The position numbers and the translations under genes were made by a program. From Pseudomonadota bacterium (GTDB lineage: Bacteria > Bdellovibrionota > Bdellovibrionia > Bdellovibrionales > SG-bin7), in NCBI GenBank assembly GCA_034439715.1, contig JAWXAY010000029.1, forward strand, positions 32,001-96,000: a DNA stretch of 64,000 nt. Reading direction: 5' to 3'. This document shows, one piece after another, positions 21,333-30,361 of the stretch (position 1 is its first letter; every line of letters starts with the position of its first letter). The notes under the pieces are model-generated. The model was not told the origin of the DNA and did not search any database. It was given only the letters and a program-made list of their open reading frames with translations.

Positions 21333-21786
21333 TATCGCCTTTGTCGAGAGGTTTCTCTTTTCCGTAGCTAATAATTCTTAGTCGACTTCCGTCAACGCCC
21401 AAACCCGCCAGAAAGTCTTTGGTGACCTTCGCTCGGCGCTCGCCTAAGGCAAAATTATATTCTACAGATCCGCGCTCATCACAATGACCTTCAATTTGAA
21501 TAACAGAATTAGGATTTTTTTTGATCCAGTCTGCGTTCTTGCTCAAAAGTTCCTTACCCTGTTTTGTTATATTAGATTGATCGTAATCGAATGTGATTGT
21601 GTAAAGCCCACCTACACCGGCGTCACTTCCACCAGGGTTAAAATCCATATTCTGTTTAGAAACACTGGGGTCTTCTAAACCAGCTCCGCCTGCACCAGCT
21701 CCCGCTTCATCGGCGTTTTTGGGTTTTGAGGAACAGCTATTAACTAGTACGCCCACAAATAAAACTAAAAGTGCTTTTTTAAACAT
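21277..21786 (-). CDS. pal: peptidoglycan-associated lipoprotein
   Basis: Lipobox VNSC; FDYDQS, IEGHCDERGSVEYNFALGERRA, ISYGKEKP, KNRRA; AGGAG RBS before ATG 21786. Confidence 0.95.
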   Translation of the reverse strand: MFKKALLVLFVGVLVNSCSSKPKNADEAGAGAGGAGLEDPSVSKQNMDFNPGGSDAGVGGLYTITFDYDQSNITKQGKELLSKNADWIKKNPNSVIQIEGHCDERGSVEYNFALGERRAKVTKDFLAGLGVDGSRLRIISYGKEKPLDKGDNDSAFAKNRRANFVPLPN

Positions 21787-21896
21787 TGTTAGACTCCTTA
21801 TTTTTATCAACAATTTATTGTTAACTTGCATTGGGGCTATGTCAAATAGTTGATTTCAACAATTTATTTTGAATTTTTTTAGAAACATGCTGCAAT

Positions 21897-24815
21897 ATGA
21901 AAATGAAAAAAACCCATATAAGTCTATTTTTAGCCTTAGCCCTATTATTTTTCTTAAATATTATTAGTTGTTCTTTGGGAGCTCTAGCCTATTTTGACCC
22001 TAAAATTGATTGGAAGGTCACAAAAACTAAGCATTTTGACATCATTTATGATGCAAACCAACAAGAGCTGTCTAATCTTTATGCAAATTATGCCGAATCC
22101 GCACTTCAGATTCTGCGTCCAATTTTTAAGGACGTACCCGATAAAATTATTCTCATTATCAATGATCAAACTGACCAGGCAAATGGCGCAGCCACCAGAA
22201 TTCCCTATCCTCATATTATTGCTCACCCCGTTTTGCCTGATAACAGAGAAACTATTGGCGAATACGGTAACTGGGGATTTGAATTGGTTCTTCACGAACT
22301 CACCCACATTTTAACATTTGAGCCAGTGGGGGGTATTTTTAAAGGATTGCGCTACGTATTTGGCTCTATCAGCAGTCCCAATTTATTATTACCACGCTGG
22401 TACCACGAAGGTTTAGCCGTAAAGATGGAGTCCGATCTCACCTCTCATGGTCGACTGCGTTCTCCCCAGCTTGATGCAGAAATTCGTGCGCTGGTCGAAG
22501 AAGACGTCCTCGAATTGGAAAACATTGCTAGCGCCAATGAAACAGGAATTATTGAGTGGCCATTTGGTCAAAGACCCTATCTTTTTGGCTCGCTTTTATG
22601 GCACAAGATGGTGCAAGAAAAGGGCCTCGACATTGTTTCAAAACTCAACCAACGTTATGGGCGTAGGGTTCCCTTTCTGCTGGAGTCTCCCTTCAAAGAA
22701 CATTTTGACTCCTATTACAATGATCTTTTACTTGTCGCCTTTGATGATGTCGAAGAAATCGCAAAATCCCAAATTGAAAAAATAAAAAAGGGAAATACTC
22801 TGAAGGCCGAAGAGTTAGACACCGAAGGTCTTGTGTCGCACTTTCCAGTGCTGAGTCCTAAGGGTGATCATTTAGCTTTTTTGACTCGTGGGCATAACTG
22901 GAATAGCGAGATAGTGATTCTGAATCGCCAAAAAAATAAAAATTCAAAAAAAGAAGATAGCCATGACGCTGAGTTTTCGATCGTAGACCCATTAGGTTCA
23001 GGTAAAGATCGAGAAGGTGTAGTCGATCGCTTAGAGTGGCACCCGTCAGGTAACAAAATAATCTACGACAAGTCAGGTTCTGAATTTAACCGATATTATA
23101 TTTATTCTGACCTTTATGAACGTGATTTGAGTGATTTTAAAAAAGAAAAACGCCTTACTGAAGGCATGCGCGCCAAAGAAGCCGCTTATTCGCTTGACGG
23201 AAAATCGATCGTCTATGTGCAAATTTCTCCGGGCAGTACGGCGATAGGCCACTTAGATAGTTCAGGAAAAAACAAAACTATTCTCTATGCGCCGCCCCTG
23301 CAGTACCGTGTTTCACAGCCTTCGTTTCTCAGCGAGCACCTCATTGTTTTTTCTGAACGAAATACTGAGGGCAAAGAAGTCTTAATCACCTTTGATTTAA
23401 GATCCAAAAAAAGTGTTAAAATTCTAGAGAACTACTCGCCGGCTTACTCACCGCGCCCCACCCATTTGGGAGTCATGTTTGTTTCTTCGACATCAGGAGT
23501 GCCCAATCTTTATTTGGCCAGTCGTGATTTGAAATCGGCTCGCCCGATTACCAACGTCACCACAGGTATCGTAAATGGGGATGTTGATCGTCGTTCGGAT
23601 TTGCTCTATTTAGAAATGATGACGGGGCATGGTCCCCAAATTATGGTTTCTGAAAATGGCACTGCTGAAAAAGTCAATCCACCGAAAATTGAGCGTATCA
23701 ACACCCTGCCGCCGCCGCCAAAAGTAAATCTCAATGAAAAACTTGAAGCAACCACCAAAAACTATTCGGCATTTCCTTATATCTTGCCACGCTTTTGGAT
23801 CCCGATGGTGTCTTTTCTGCAAGGAGGTGGCGTAATTTATGAGGCCACAACTTTTCACTTCGATCCACTTCAAAAGCACAGCTATTCGTTGTTAGGTACC
23901 TATAATTCGCTGACCTCACTGGGCGGGGGTTATTTTACCTACACCAATCAACAGACGATTTTTCCGACGACGGTTTATGCGTCACGATTTAACGATTATT
24001 TTGTGGGCCTTGACGAATCTCGCACAAATGAAACAGCGGGAATTCTGCTAGGTTCCAATCTCTATAAAACATCTAAGGCCTGGAAGATGGGACTCGGATG
24101 GACCTACAGCAAACGTGAGGTTTTAGATATCACCTTCTATCGTGTCGGCCCGAGTGTAGGCTTTGGCTATGATAGTACGTCACAAAAGGGTCACGAGATT
24201 TCTCCAGAAAAGGGGCAGAAAGCGTCACTGGGCTATACACATTACCTTTCGCCGAAATTAGGCGATGGCCGACTTGATTATGAACAATATGATGGTGAAT
24301 ACAGCTTGTTTTTTTCTAAATGGTTGCCCGAGCGGCAAGTCGTTTACTTTCACACCAAAGGAACCTGGGGAAATTTTGACAGCCCCTTGTTAGTGGGCTC
24401 CACCACCAGTAGCGCAGCTTTTCAAACGACGCTCATTACAGGTGATTTTTTAATGCGTGGTTATCCATCGGGATCCTTTTTAGGAACAAAAATGTGGGGC
24501 GGAAACATTGAGTATCGCTTTCCCGTTTCAACTATTAACCGCGGCGCCGATACAACGCCTTTTTTTGCTAAGCGAACACACGGTCGAGTTTTTGTCGATG
24601 GTATTGCCACCAAAGGCCTCTATTATAATTTTACCGAAGAAAGCTATAAAACTAGCAAAATGAAAGATTGGTACTTTTCGGTCGGTGGTGAGCTTCATTT
24701 AGAAACTACACTTGGTTATGCACTGCCAATAACCTTCTATGCGGGCTTATATTATGGACTTTATACGCCTGTTTCGGGTGGAGATGTGGCTCCATTTATC
24801 GGAATAGCACTGTAG
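21897..24815 (+). CDS. large outer-membrane protein: gluzincin-like peptidase domain, beta-propeller and Omp85-like barrel
   Basis: Signal peptide; HELTH...WYHEGLA; propeller repeats; C-terminal MRGY...NIEYRFP and aromatic-rich beta strands. Confidence 0.75.
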   Translation: MKMKKTHISLFLALALLFFLNIISCSLGALAYFDPKIDWKVTKTKHFDIIYDANQQELSNLYANYAESALQILRPIFKDVPDKIILIINDQTDQANGAATRIPYPHIIAHPVLPDNRETIGEYGNWGFELVLHELTHILTFEPVGGIFKGLRYVFGSISSPNLLLPRWYHEGLAVKMESDLTSHGRLRSPQLDAEIRALVEEDVLELENIASANETGIIEWPFGQRPYLFGSLLWHKMVQEKGLDIVSKLNQRYGRRVPFLLESPFKEHFDSYYNDLLLVAFDDVEEIAKSQIEKIKKGNTLKAEELDTEGLVSHFPVLSPKGDHLAFLTRGHNWNSEIVILNRQKNKNSKKEDSHDAEFSIVDPLGSGKDREGVVDRLEWHPSGNKIIYDKSGSEFNRYYIYSDLYERDLSDFKKEKRLTEGMRAKEAAYSLDGKSIVYVQISPGSTAIGHLDSSGKNKTILYAPPLQYRVSQPSFLSEHLIVFSERNTEGKEVLITFDLRSKKSVKILENYSPAYSPRPTHLGVMFVSSTSGVPNLYLASRDLKSARPITNVTTGIVNGDVDRRSDLLYLEMMTGHGPQIMVSENGTAEKVNPPKIERINTLPPPPKVNLNEKLEATTKNYSAFPYILPRFWIPMVSFLQGGGVIYEATTFHFDPLQKHSYSLLGTYNSLTSLGGGYFTYTNQQTIFPTTVYASRFNDYFVGLDESRTNETAGILLGSNLYKTSKAWKMGLGWTYSKREVLDITFYRVGPSVGFGYDSTSQKGHEISPEKGQKASLGYTHYLSPKLGDGRLDYEQYDGEYSLFFSKWLPERQVVYFHTKGTWGNFDSPLLVGSTTSSAAFQTTLITGDFLMRGYPSGSFLGTKMWGGNIEYRFPVSTINRGADTTPFFAKRTHGRVFVDGIATKGLYYNFTEESYKTSKMKDWYFSVGGELHLETTLGYALPITFYAGLYYGLYTPVSGGDVAPFIGIAL

Positions 24816-24867
24816 TCTTGACATATGCCATGGGGTCTAGCCAATAATGGAGTATGGAGGGTCACCT

Positions 24868-25371
24868 ATGGAAAAATTAGATTGGGTGCGCGAATTGGTT
24901 CAGGCTGAGCAGCAAATGGAAGAAAGCGGCGTTGTCGATTTTAATTCCGTCCACAGCGATGAATTAAACCTCAAAGATGAAACAGTTTCTTTTTTAAAAG
25001 ACCTGAAAAATGTTTTTATAGAATATGTATCTGAGTTCAACCAACTTAAAGGTAGCCAAATTGGTCGTGTAAAAATTTATGGTATCTCACAAACCGACGC
25101 CGACTTTATGCTTTTTAGAAATGGCTTTAAACTCATATTTACCATGCGTGAACCCGGACGCGTTGCAATTATTTTTTCGTTTTTGGCGACTTCGTTTTTA
25201 GGCTTAAACAAAGCTTCTGAAACCCCTGCCACCACCCTACAAGAAGAAATGTTGGAAGCTCAAGTTGGGGCGTTTTTAAAAGTCAGCTGGTCGTATCAGG
25301 GCCAGCCATTTAACACAGACAACATGGTTCGCTACTACCTGACTCGATTCATCAAAGAATCGGCTAGATAA
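24868..25371 (+). CDS. hypothetical protein
   Basis: GGAGG RBS before ATG 24868; globular-looking sequence. Confidence 0.7.
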   Translation: MEKLDWVRELVQAEQQMEESGVVDFNSVHSDELNLKDETVSFLKDLKNVFIEYVSEFNQLKGSQIGRVKIYGISQTDADFMLFRNGFKLIFTMREPGRVAIIFSFLATSFLGLNKASETPATTLQEEMLEAQVGAFLKVSWSYQGQPFNTDNMVRYYLTRFIKESAR

Positions 25372-25436
25372 AAAAACACGGACTAAGATTTCAAAGTTTC
25401 GTAACGCCTTTTGGCGTAGAAAACTAGACTTGTGTT

Positions 25437-25467
25437 TATACCTAATTTACCCGATAAAATAGGTATA
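25437..25467. promoter_or_regulatory. imperfect palindrome over the promoter and start (candidate operator)
   Basis: TATACCTAATTTA-cccga-TAAAATAGGTATA, 12/13 arm match; TAAAAT -10-like box 6 nt before ATG. Confidence 0.55.
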
Positions 25468-26630
25468 TGTACGAGAGACTTCTTAACCCATTAAAAACGC
25501 GAAGTTTTTTTCTGTTCGGACCTCGGGGAGTTGGTAAATCCACTCTTCTGAAAGGTTTTTTTCAAACCAGCGAAATTGGTCTGTGGTTGGACTTGCTGGA
25601 CGAAGAATTAAATCGGCGATTACTTCTGCATCCAAAAGAAATTGAGGCAGCAACAAAAACGCTAAAAAAAGGCTCCTGGGTTGTTATTGATGAAGTACAA
25701 AAAGCACCTGGTCTTCTTAATTACGTGCAAAGGCTAATAGAATCACAGGGCCTCAAGTTCGCCCTTACTGGTTCGAGTGCACGTAAACTAAAACGGGAAT
25801 CAGCAAATCTTCTTGGCGGACGCGCACATGCGTACAGCCTTATGACATTAAGTTGCAATGAGCTTGGTGATGACTTTGAATTAAAGAAAGCTCTTGAATT
25901 CGGACTCTTACCTACAATCTGGACCGATCAGGTCATAGAATCACAAAAAGATTATTTGCGTGGGTATGTGAATAACTACATTCGACAGGAAATAAAAGAG
26001 GAGCAGGTTGTACGAAAGCTAGAGCCCTTCTTATATTTTCTAGAAGCAGCGGCACAAATGAACACTGAGCCGATTAACTTTACTAAAATGGCGCGTGATG
26101 CGGGCGTAGACAATAAAGCAATTGAACGTTATTACGAAATTTTAGTGGACACATGGCTTGGCTTTTTTCTGTTACCCTACGATAGATCGATTCGTAAACA
26201 GCAATTGCAAAGAAGCAAATTTTATTTTTTTGACAACGGAGTTTGTCGAACTCTGGCGCAGACCTTGAACGTTCCGCTCTTCACCTCTACCTCAGATTTT
26301 GGCAAGGCATTCGAACATTTTATTGTGCTCGAAATTCACAAACAAAATATTTACCTCAAGAAGGATTTTCGTTTAAGCTACTTGCGTACAAAAGATGACC
26401 TTGAGATCGATCTTGTGATCAAAACTCCACGTGGTAAAATTCTATTAGTTGAAATAAAAAGCACGACAAGTGTCGATACACAAAGTATGGCTTCAAAGGT
26501 CAGGCTCAAAAAAGATTTAAAAGCTGAGGCGTTATGGATCTTCTCACAGGACCCCGTCCGCCGTGATTACGAAGAATTCACTGTTTGGCCATGGCAAGAG
26601 GGCTTAAGACAACTTGCTAAAATGCTTTAA
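25467..26630 (+). CDS. AAA+ ATPase with C-terminal DUF4143/PD-(D/E)xK-like domain
   Basis: GPRGVGKS, IDEVQK, TGSSAR, KFYFFDNG, EIDLVI...LVEIKS. Confidence 0.9.
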   Translation: MYERLLNPLKTRSFFLFGPRGVGKSTLLKGFFQTSEIGLWLDLLDEELNRRLLLHPKEIEAATKTLKKGSWVVIDEVQKAPGLLNYVQRLIESQGLKFALTGSSARKLKRESANLLGGRAHAYSLMTLSCNELGDDFELKKALEFGLLPTIWTDQVIESQKDYLRGYVNNYIRQEIKEEQVVRKLEPFLYFLEAAAQMNTEPINFTKMARDAGVDNKAIERYYEILVDTWLGFFLLPYDRSIRKQQLQRSKFYFFDNGVCRTLAQTLNVPLFTSTSDFGKAFEHFIVLEIHKQNIYLKKDFRLSYLRTKDDLEIDLVIKTPRGKILLVEIKSTTSVDTQSMASKVRLKKDLKAEALWIFSQDPVRRDYEEFTVWPWQEGLRQLAKML

Positions 26631-27091
26631 AATCTCTTGTCAAATACGATCATGAGTTTACCTATCAAATAACGAATGGCACCGCCTCGACTTTTGTAAA
26701 CTAGAATATCACTAACGGTACCGGTCTCATGGTCAAAAACAAAAATTAGATCCCACTTAGTTTGACCATCAGTATAAACTTCATATGTTAAGTTAGTATC
26801 ATAGTTGTAATATTCTCCCGTTGGTGACCCCAGATCACTCCTAACTTGATCTCCCGTTTTTCCAATAAAATACTTTTTGCTAATCAAATCAGCGACAAAA
26901 ACCGCCTTGTCATTTGCTGCTGCCTCACGGAACTGATGAGCAATAAAAGGAGAGTTCCCCCAATACAATTGAGCCTCCCAGCCAAACATGTATCTATCAA
27001 ACCGATATGCCATAAACCCCACGAGAGCTAAAAACACAGGTGTTAACGTAATAATAGTAAACAGCCTCATCGCTCTAGTAAGACGAATCAT
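26627..27091 (-). CDS. membrane-anchored protein with SmpA/OmlA-like motif (candidate immunity protein)
   Basis: N-terminal TM; GKTGDQVRSDLGSP motif; overlaps the upstream gene; start ATG 27091 or 27070. Confidence 0.55.
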   Translation of the reverse strand: MIRLTRAMRLFTIITLTPVFLALVGFMAYRFDRYMFGWEAQLYWGNSPFIAHQFREAAANDKAVFVADLISKKYFIGKTGDQVRSDLGSPTGEYYNYDTNLTYEVYTDGQTKWDLIFVFDHETGTVSDILVYKSRGGAIRYLIGKLMIVFDKRF

Positions 27092-27899
27092 CTGGAATTT
27101 TACCTGAAGGTCGGAGTACAACTAAATCTTTATTTTTAAGACTTTTAAGAGCTAAAAGATAGAGTTCATCGGCAGTAAATTTATCCCCCAGGCTTAATGC
27201 AGCCTCAACACCTTTTTTATTATTAAACAGATCCATTTGTTGGCTTGGCGATAGGACTTCCTGCTCGCTTTCATGAGCATCTAAATAACGTTCAGCAAGT
27301 GTCTGTCCTAAACCATTAGTTAAAAAACCCGCCCATACAAAATGGCGAAAGGCATCGGCCTCACCGTCTACGCTTCCCTTTTCAAAAAGGCGACCCATGG
27401 CGTAGTCGCTTCGGAACTGGTACCAAGCCACAAGAAGGGACTCATAAGGATACTTTCGTACTAACGACTGTTCCCGGGGTTTCAATTTTGGATACAGAGT
27501 ACCCAAGCGACCTAAAGTTGTTTTAAAAAATTCATTGAGTCTCTTAGCGTAGTAATCCACATCGCCGATTACAGATGCCAATGCGATACGCTGAACATCC
27601 GGTCTTAATGGTTTTAGATAGTAATCACTTAGATCGATTGTTTGCGTGGCATCTGACGGATTGTAAATACTAAGCATTTGTGTCTCGAAACCTTTGCTAC
27701 TGCTTCTAACAATTAAATTCTTTTCTGGCACCTTAGAGAAAAGATTCTCGCTCGGCAATACATGAGTCGATCGTATACCTTCTATGTTATTTTTGAACTG
27801 GGAAAAGTCATAGTATTTGCCTTTAATAAGTTCAAAAGCGCCTTCCAAGTCCGATCCACTTACTTTATTGAGTATTGAAATTCCAGCGTCTAATACTTT
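27075..27899 (-). pseudogene. 5'-truncated gene with C-terminal DUF6973-like domain
   Basis: ADAFRHFVW...DAHE...MDLFNNKKG. The frame stays open upstream of TTG 27848 to 27899, with no ATG, and ends at the edge of the palindrome. Confidence 0.6.
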
Positions 27900-27900
27900 T

Positions 27901-28098
27901 TAAACTGATACCCTTTAGTGGTATGGATCCTCTCTCACGCGTCGAAAAGTTCAGTAAACTCAGCGACTTCTCGGACTCCTTGTGGTCCAAATACACGTAA
28001 GTGTATTTGGAGAGCAACGAGAGGACATAAGCTCTTTAAATTTGTGAGTTTTTCGAGGCGCTAGATCTAAGCCATACCCAACAAAGGGTATCAGTTTA
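27901..28098 (+). repeat. 198-bp degenerate palindrome (REPIN/MITE-like element or structured RNA)
   Basis: 16-bp perfect terminal IR TAAACTGATACCCTTT; internal 12-bp stem with two G-U pairs; central 11-bp perfect stem with GTAA loop at 27997-28000. Confidence 0.85.
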
Positions 28099-28104
28099 CG
28101 CTCT

Positions 28105-28344
28105 TTAAACTTCGATGTTAATATTAATTTCGCTATCTAAGGTAGCGACTTTAAATTGTAGGGGCCTAACAGAACTAACCACCCACAAAACTTCGTCCCC
28201 AATTTTATAAGAATGATTTGAAAGATTTTTAATTCGCGCCAGATCACCAGAAAAATTAGCCACAACCTCTCCGTCACAGGGTATTTCAATAATACGCGCC
28301 AGGATTTTTTGCCCGAGTTTTAAAAACGGCAGGATATGTTTCAT
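28105..28344 (-). CDS. small hypothetical protein
   Basis: 79 aa; ATGA-coupled to the upstream gene. Confidence 0.6.
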   Translation of the reverse strand: MKHILPFLKLGQKILARIIEIPCDGEVVANFSGDLARIKNLSNHSYKIGDEVLWVVSSVRPLQFKVATLDSEININIEV

Positions 28345-28943
28345 TTGGGCGCAGCCTGCCCCAGCGCCTCGCGATATCGATTGCCAAGCGACTCGAGTTC
28401 TTTACCTTCTTCGGGATCGACTTTGACAGCTGGGGGCTGGGCCCAGGCGGGCAATTGCGCCTCGTTAAATACCAAATTGTCTTTGTTCACTTTACTAATA
28501 AATGAAATCTCGGCAAGGGGTAGATCAATTTTATGTGAAATTTCGTGTGCAGAAAGTCCTTGGTTGGCCAATTTTGCCGCTGCAACATATTTTTGTGTAC
28601 GTTGCCTTTCGATTATTTCATCATGCGGAATTTTATCTTGAAATATTTCAGCAACTGTCAAACTTTTCTGAATGGATTGTTCGATAAGCTGTACTTGCTT
28701 TTCACTTTCACTCACTGACTTATTGAGATCCCGACACTTGCGATCGAGAAGCGCCGAAAGTTGGCTCACTTGCGTGTCGGTTTTGTCAGAAAGATCTTCG
28801 AGCACCGCAATTTTGCTTTGTAAAAGCTGTAGTCCACGACTGAGCCTGGGATCTTCTTTGGGCGGACGGCTAAATTTCATCCACAGAAGCCATAGGCCCA
28901 AAGCAAAACCCACATCGATAGCTACCTGTAATATCGTCAGCAT
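28341..28943 (-). CDS. membrane-anchored coiled-coil protein with C-terminal HTH-like DUF2802 domain
   Basis: TM, coiled coil, then YVAAAKLANQGLSAHEISHKIDLPLAEI. Confidence 0.7.
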   Translation of the reverse strand: MLTILQVAIDVGFALGLWLLWMKFSRPPKEDPRLSRGLQLLQSKIAVLEDLSDKTDTQVSQLSALLDRKCRDLNKSVSESEKQVQLIEQSIQKSLTVAEIFQDKIPHDEIIERQRTQKYVAAAKLANQGLSAHEISHKIDLPLAEISFISKVNKDNLVFNEAQLPAWAQPPAVKVDPEEGKELESLGNRYREALGQAAPK

Positions 28944-29006
28944 GTTGCAGCGCCCCTTTCTTAAATTATACCCAGTTAGAACGGCGCTCGCAACAAGACT
29001 AAAGTC

Positions 29007-30317
29007 TTACTTCTTTATCTCCTGTCTGAGTTCCATAGCTTGTGAGTTTGCGAAATCAGCATTAAAAATTCGCTTAGCAGTTAAAGTCACGATGACTTCA
29101 TTGCCATCTTCGAGATCGTCCACCTCGACATCAGGAAGCTGTGCAAGCTTTAAGGTAAATTCATTCTGGCCTTTGACAATAACGTTTTCAGGAATGACCC
29201 CCTCAAAAAGAGTTTTATTCCAAATGATGGGGCGCACTTTTTCAAACTTAACATGAAATTGAGTTGTCAGCATATCTGAGACTTGCCCTTCATCACTAAC
29301 ACGCGCCTCAAACGTAGATTCTACACCCGCAACTGATAGCTTTAATTTTTGCGCCTCTTCGGACCACATCACTTTGTTAAATGTCTCTCTATAAACATTA
29401 CTGGAATAATCAATTTGTGACTCATACCAAAGACCGCGACTCGCGCGAGAATAAACTTGTTGTGAATTGGCAGTTAAATACATTTTGGCTTCGCCAAACA
29501 AAGAAAGGGAGCGCGGCGAATTCCAAGCAAAAGTATACTTATAGTTTTTACCGCTAATAAATTCGTTGTAGGAATTACTGATGACAGAACCAGCTGCAAA
29601 TAACTGCTGTGCTCCGGATTTTTGTTGCCAAAGATTAACACTTAAAATGGGCTCGCTGCCTAAAAGATCCTTAAAAGAAATCGCTGCCTCTCGGCTTTCG
29701 GGTGGAAGAGGATTAAGACTAGGTATTAAAGTGAGTGCGCCCCAAGCACCATCGGAACCGTTGCTGCCAATAACCCTACCATTAGATCCGCTATCACCAT
29801 CGCGACAAGAATAATAGGTGTCGGTACACTTTCCGTCATTGGTACACTTTCGCACTTTCCACTGAGAGAGCGAACAGTGACAACCTCTGCCGCCATGACC
29901 AGCGCGACCACTACGACCGCCTTGCCCTCCATCAGAAATTACCGAAATACGCGAAATATTTTTTATGTCGTCAGTATAAATGATGACATTCCCACCATGG
30001 CCGCCGCCACCCCCTTGACCGGCATCTCCGCCAGAGCCGCCGTGGGCACCCGTTAAATTGTATTCGACATTATAGGGTTGATTGCAGGAACTTGCATCTT
30101 GCCCGTCTTCGGCATCCCGACCGTCTTCACCGCTTTGACCACTCAAATTTAAATTTAATACCTGCCCAGTTGCTTGAATTGTTGCCATTTGGCCATCGCG
30201 ACCATCACGACCACCACTTCCCGAGCTGCCGCTTCGTCCTGAACTCCCAAAATGCGAAGCATAAAGATCCAGTGTTAGGAATAAAAGTGCGGCAAAAATA
30301 AATTTCGGTAGTGTCAT
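29007..30317 (-). CDS. secreted collagen-like (Gly-X-X) protein
   Basis: Signal peptide; interrupted GxxGxx tracts; Cys cluster CHC...C...C...C. Confidence 0.75.
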   Translation of the reverse strand: MTLPKFIFAALLFLTLDLYASHFGSSGRSGSSGSGGRDGRDGQMATIQATGQVLNLNLSGQSGEDGRDAEDGQDASSCNQPYNVEYNLTGAHGGSGGDAGQGGGGGHGGNVIIYTDDIKNISRISVISDGGQGGRSGRAGHGGRGCHCSLSQWKVRKCTNDGKCTDTYYSCRDGDSGSNGRVIGSNGSDGAWGALTLIPSLNPLPPESREAAISFKDLLGSEPILSVNLWQQKSGAQQLFAAGSVISNSYNEFISGKNYKYTFAWNSPRSLSLFGEAKMYLTANSQQVYSRASRGLWYESQIDYSSNVYRETFNKVMWSEEAQKLKLSVAGVESTFEARVSDEGQVSDMLTTQFHVKFEKVRPIIWNKTLFEGVIPENVIVKGQNEFTLKLAQLPDVEVDDLEDGNEVIVTLTAKRIFNADFANSQAMELRQEIKK

Positions 30318-30361
30318 AGTGTCCCTCGTTTTAGTAAAAAGTTATTATTTTTTAGTCCAAA

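Noticed and set aside
27901..28098. Palindrome interpreted as an integron attC site or 6S RNA
   Set aside because: The ends do not match RYYYAAC/GTTRRRY, it is too long for attC and no integrase is present; it lacks one large central bubble and the usual 6S gene context (not fully excluded without an Rfam scan)
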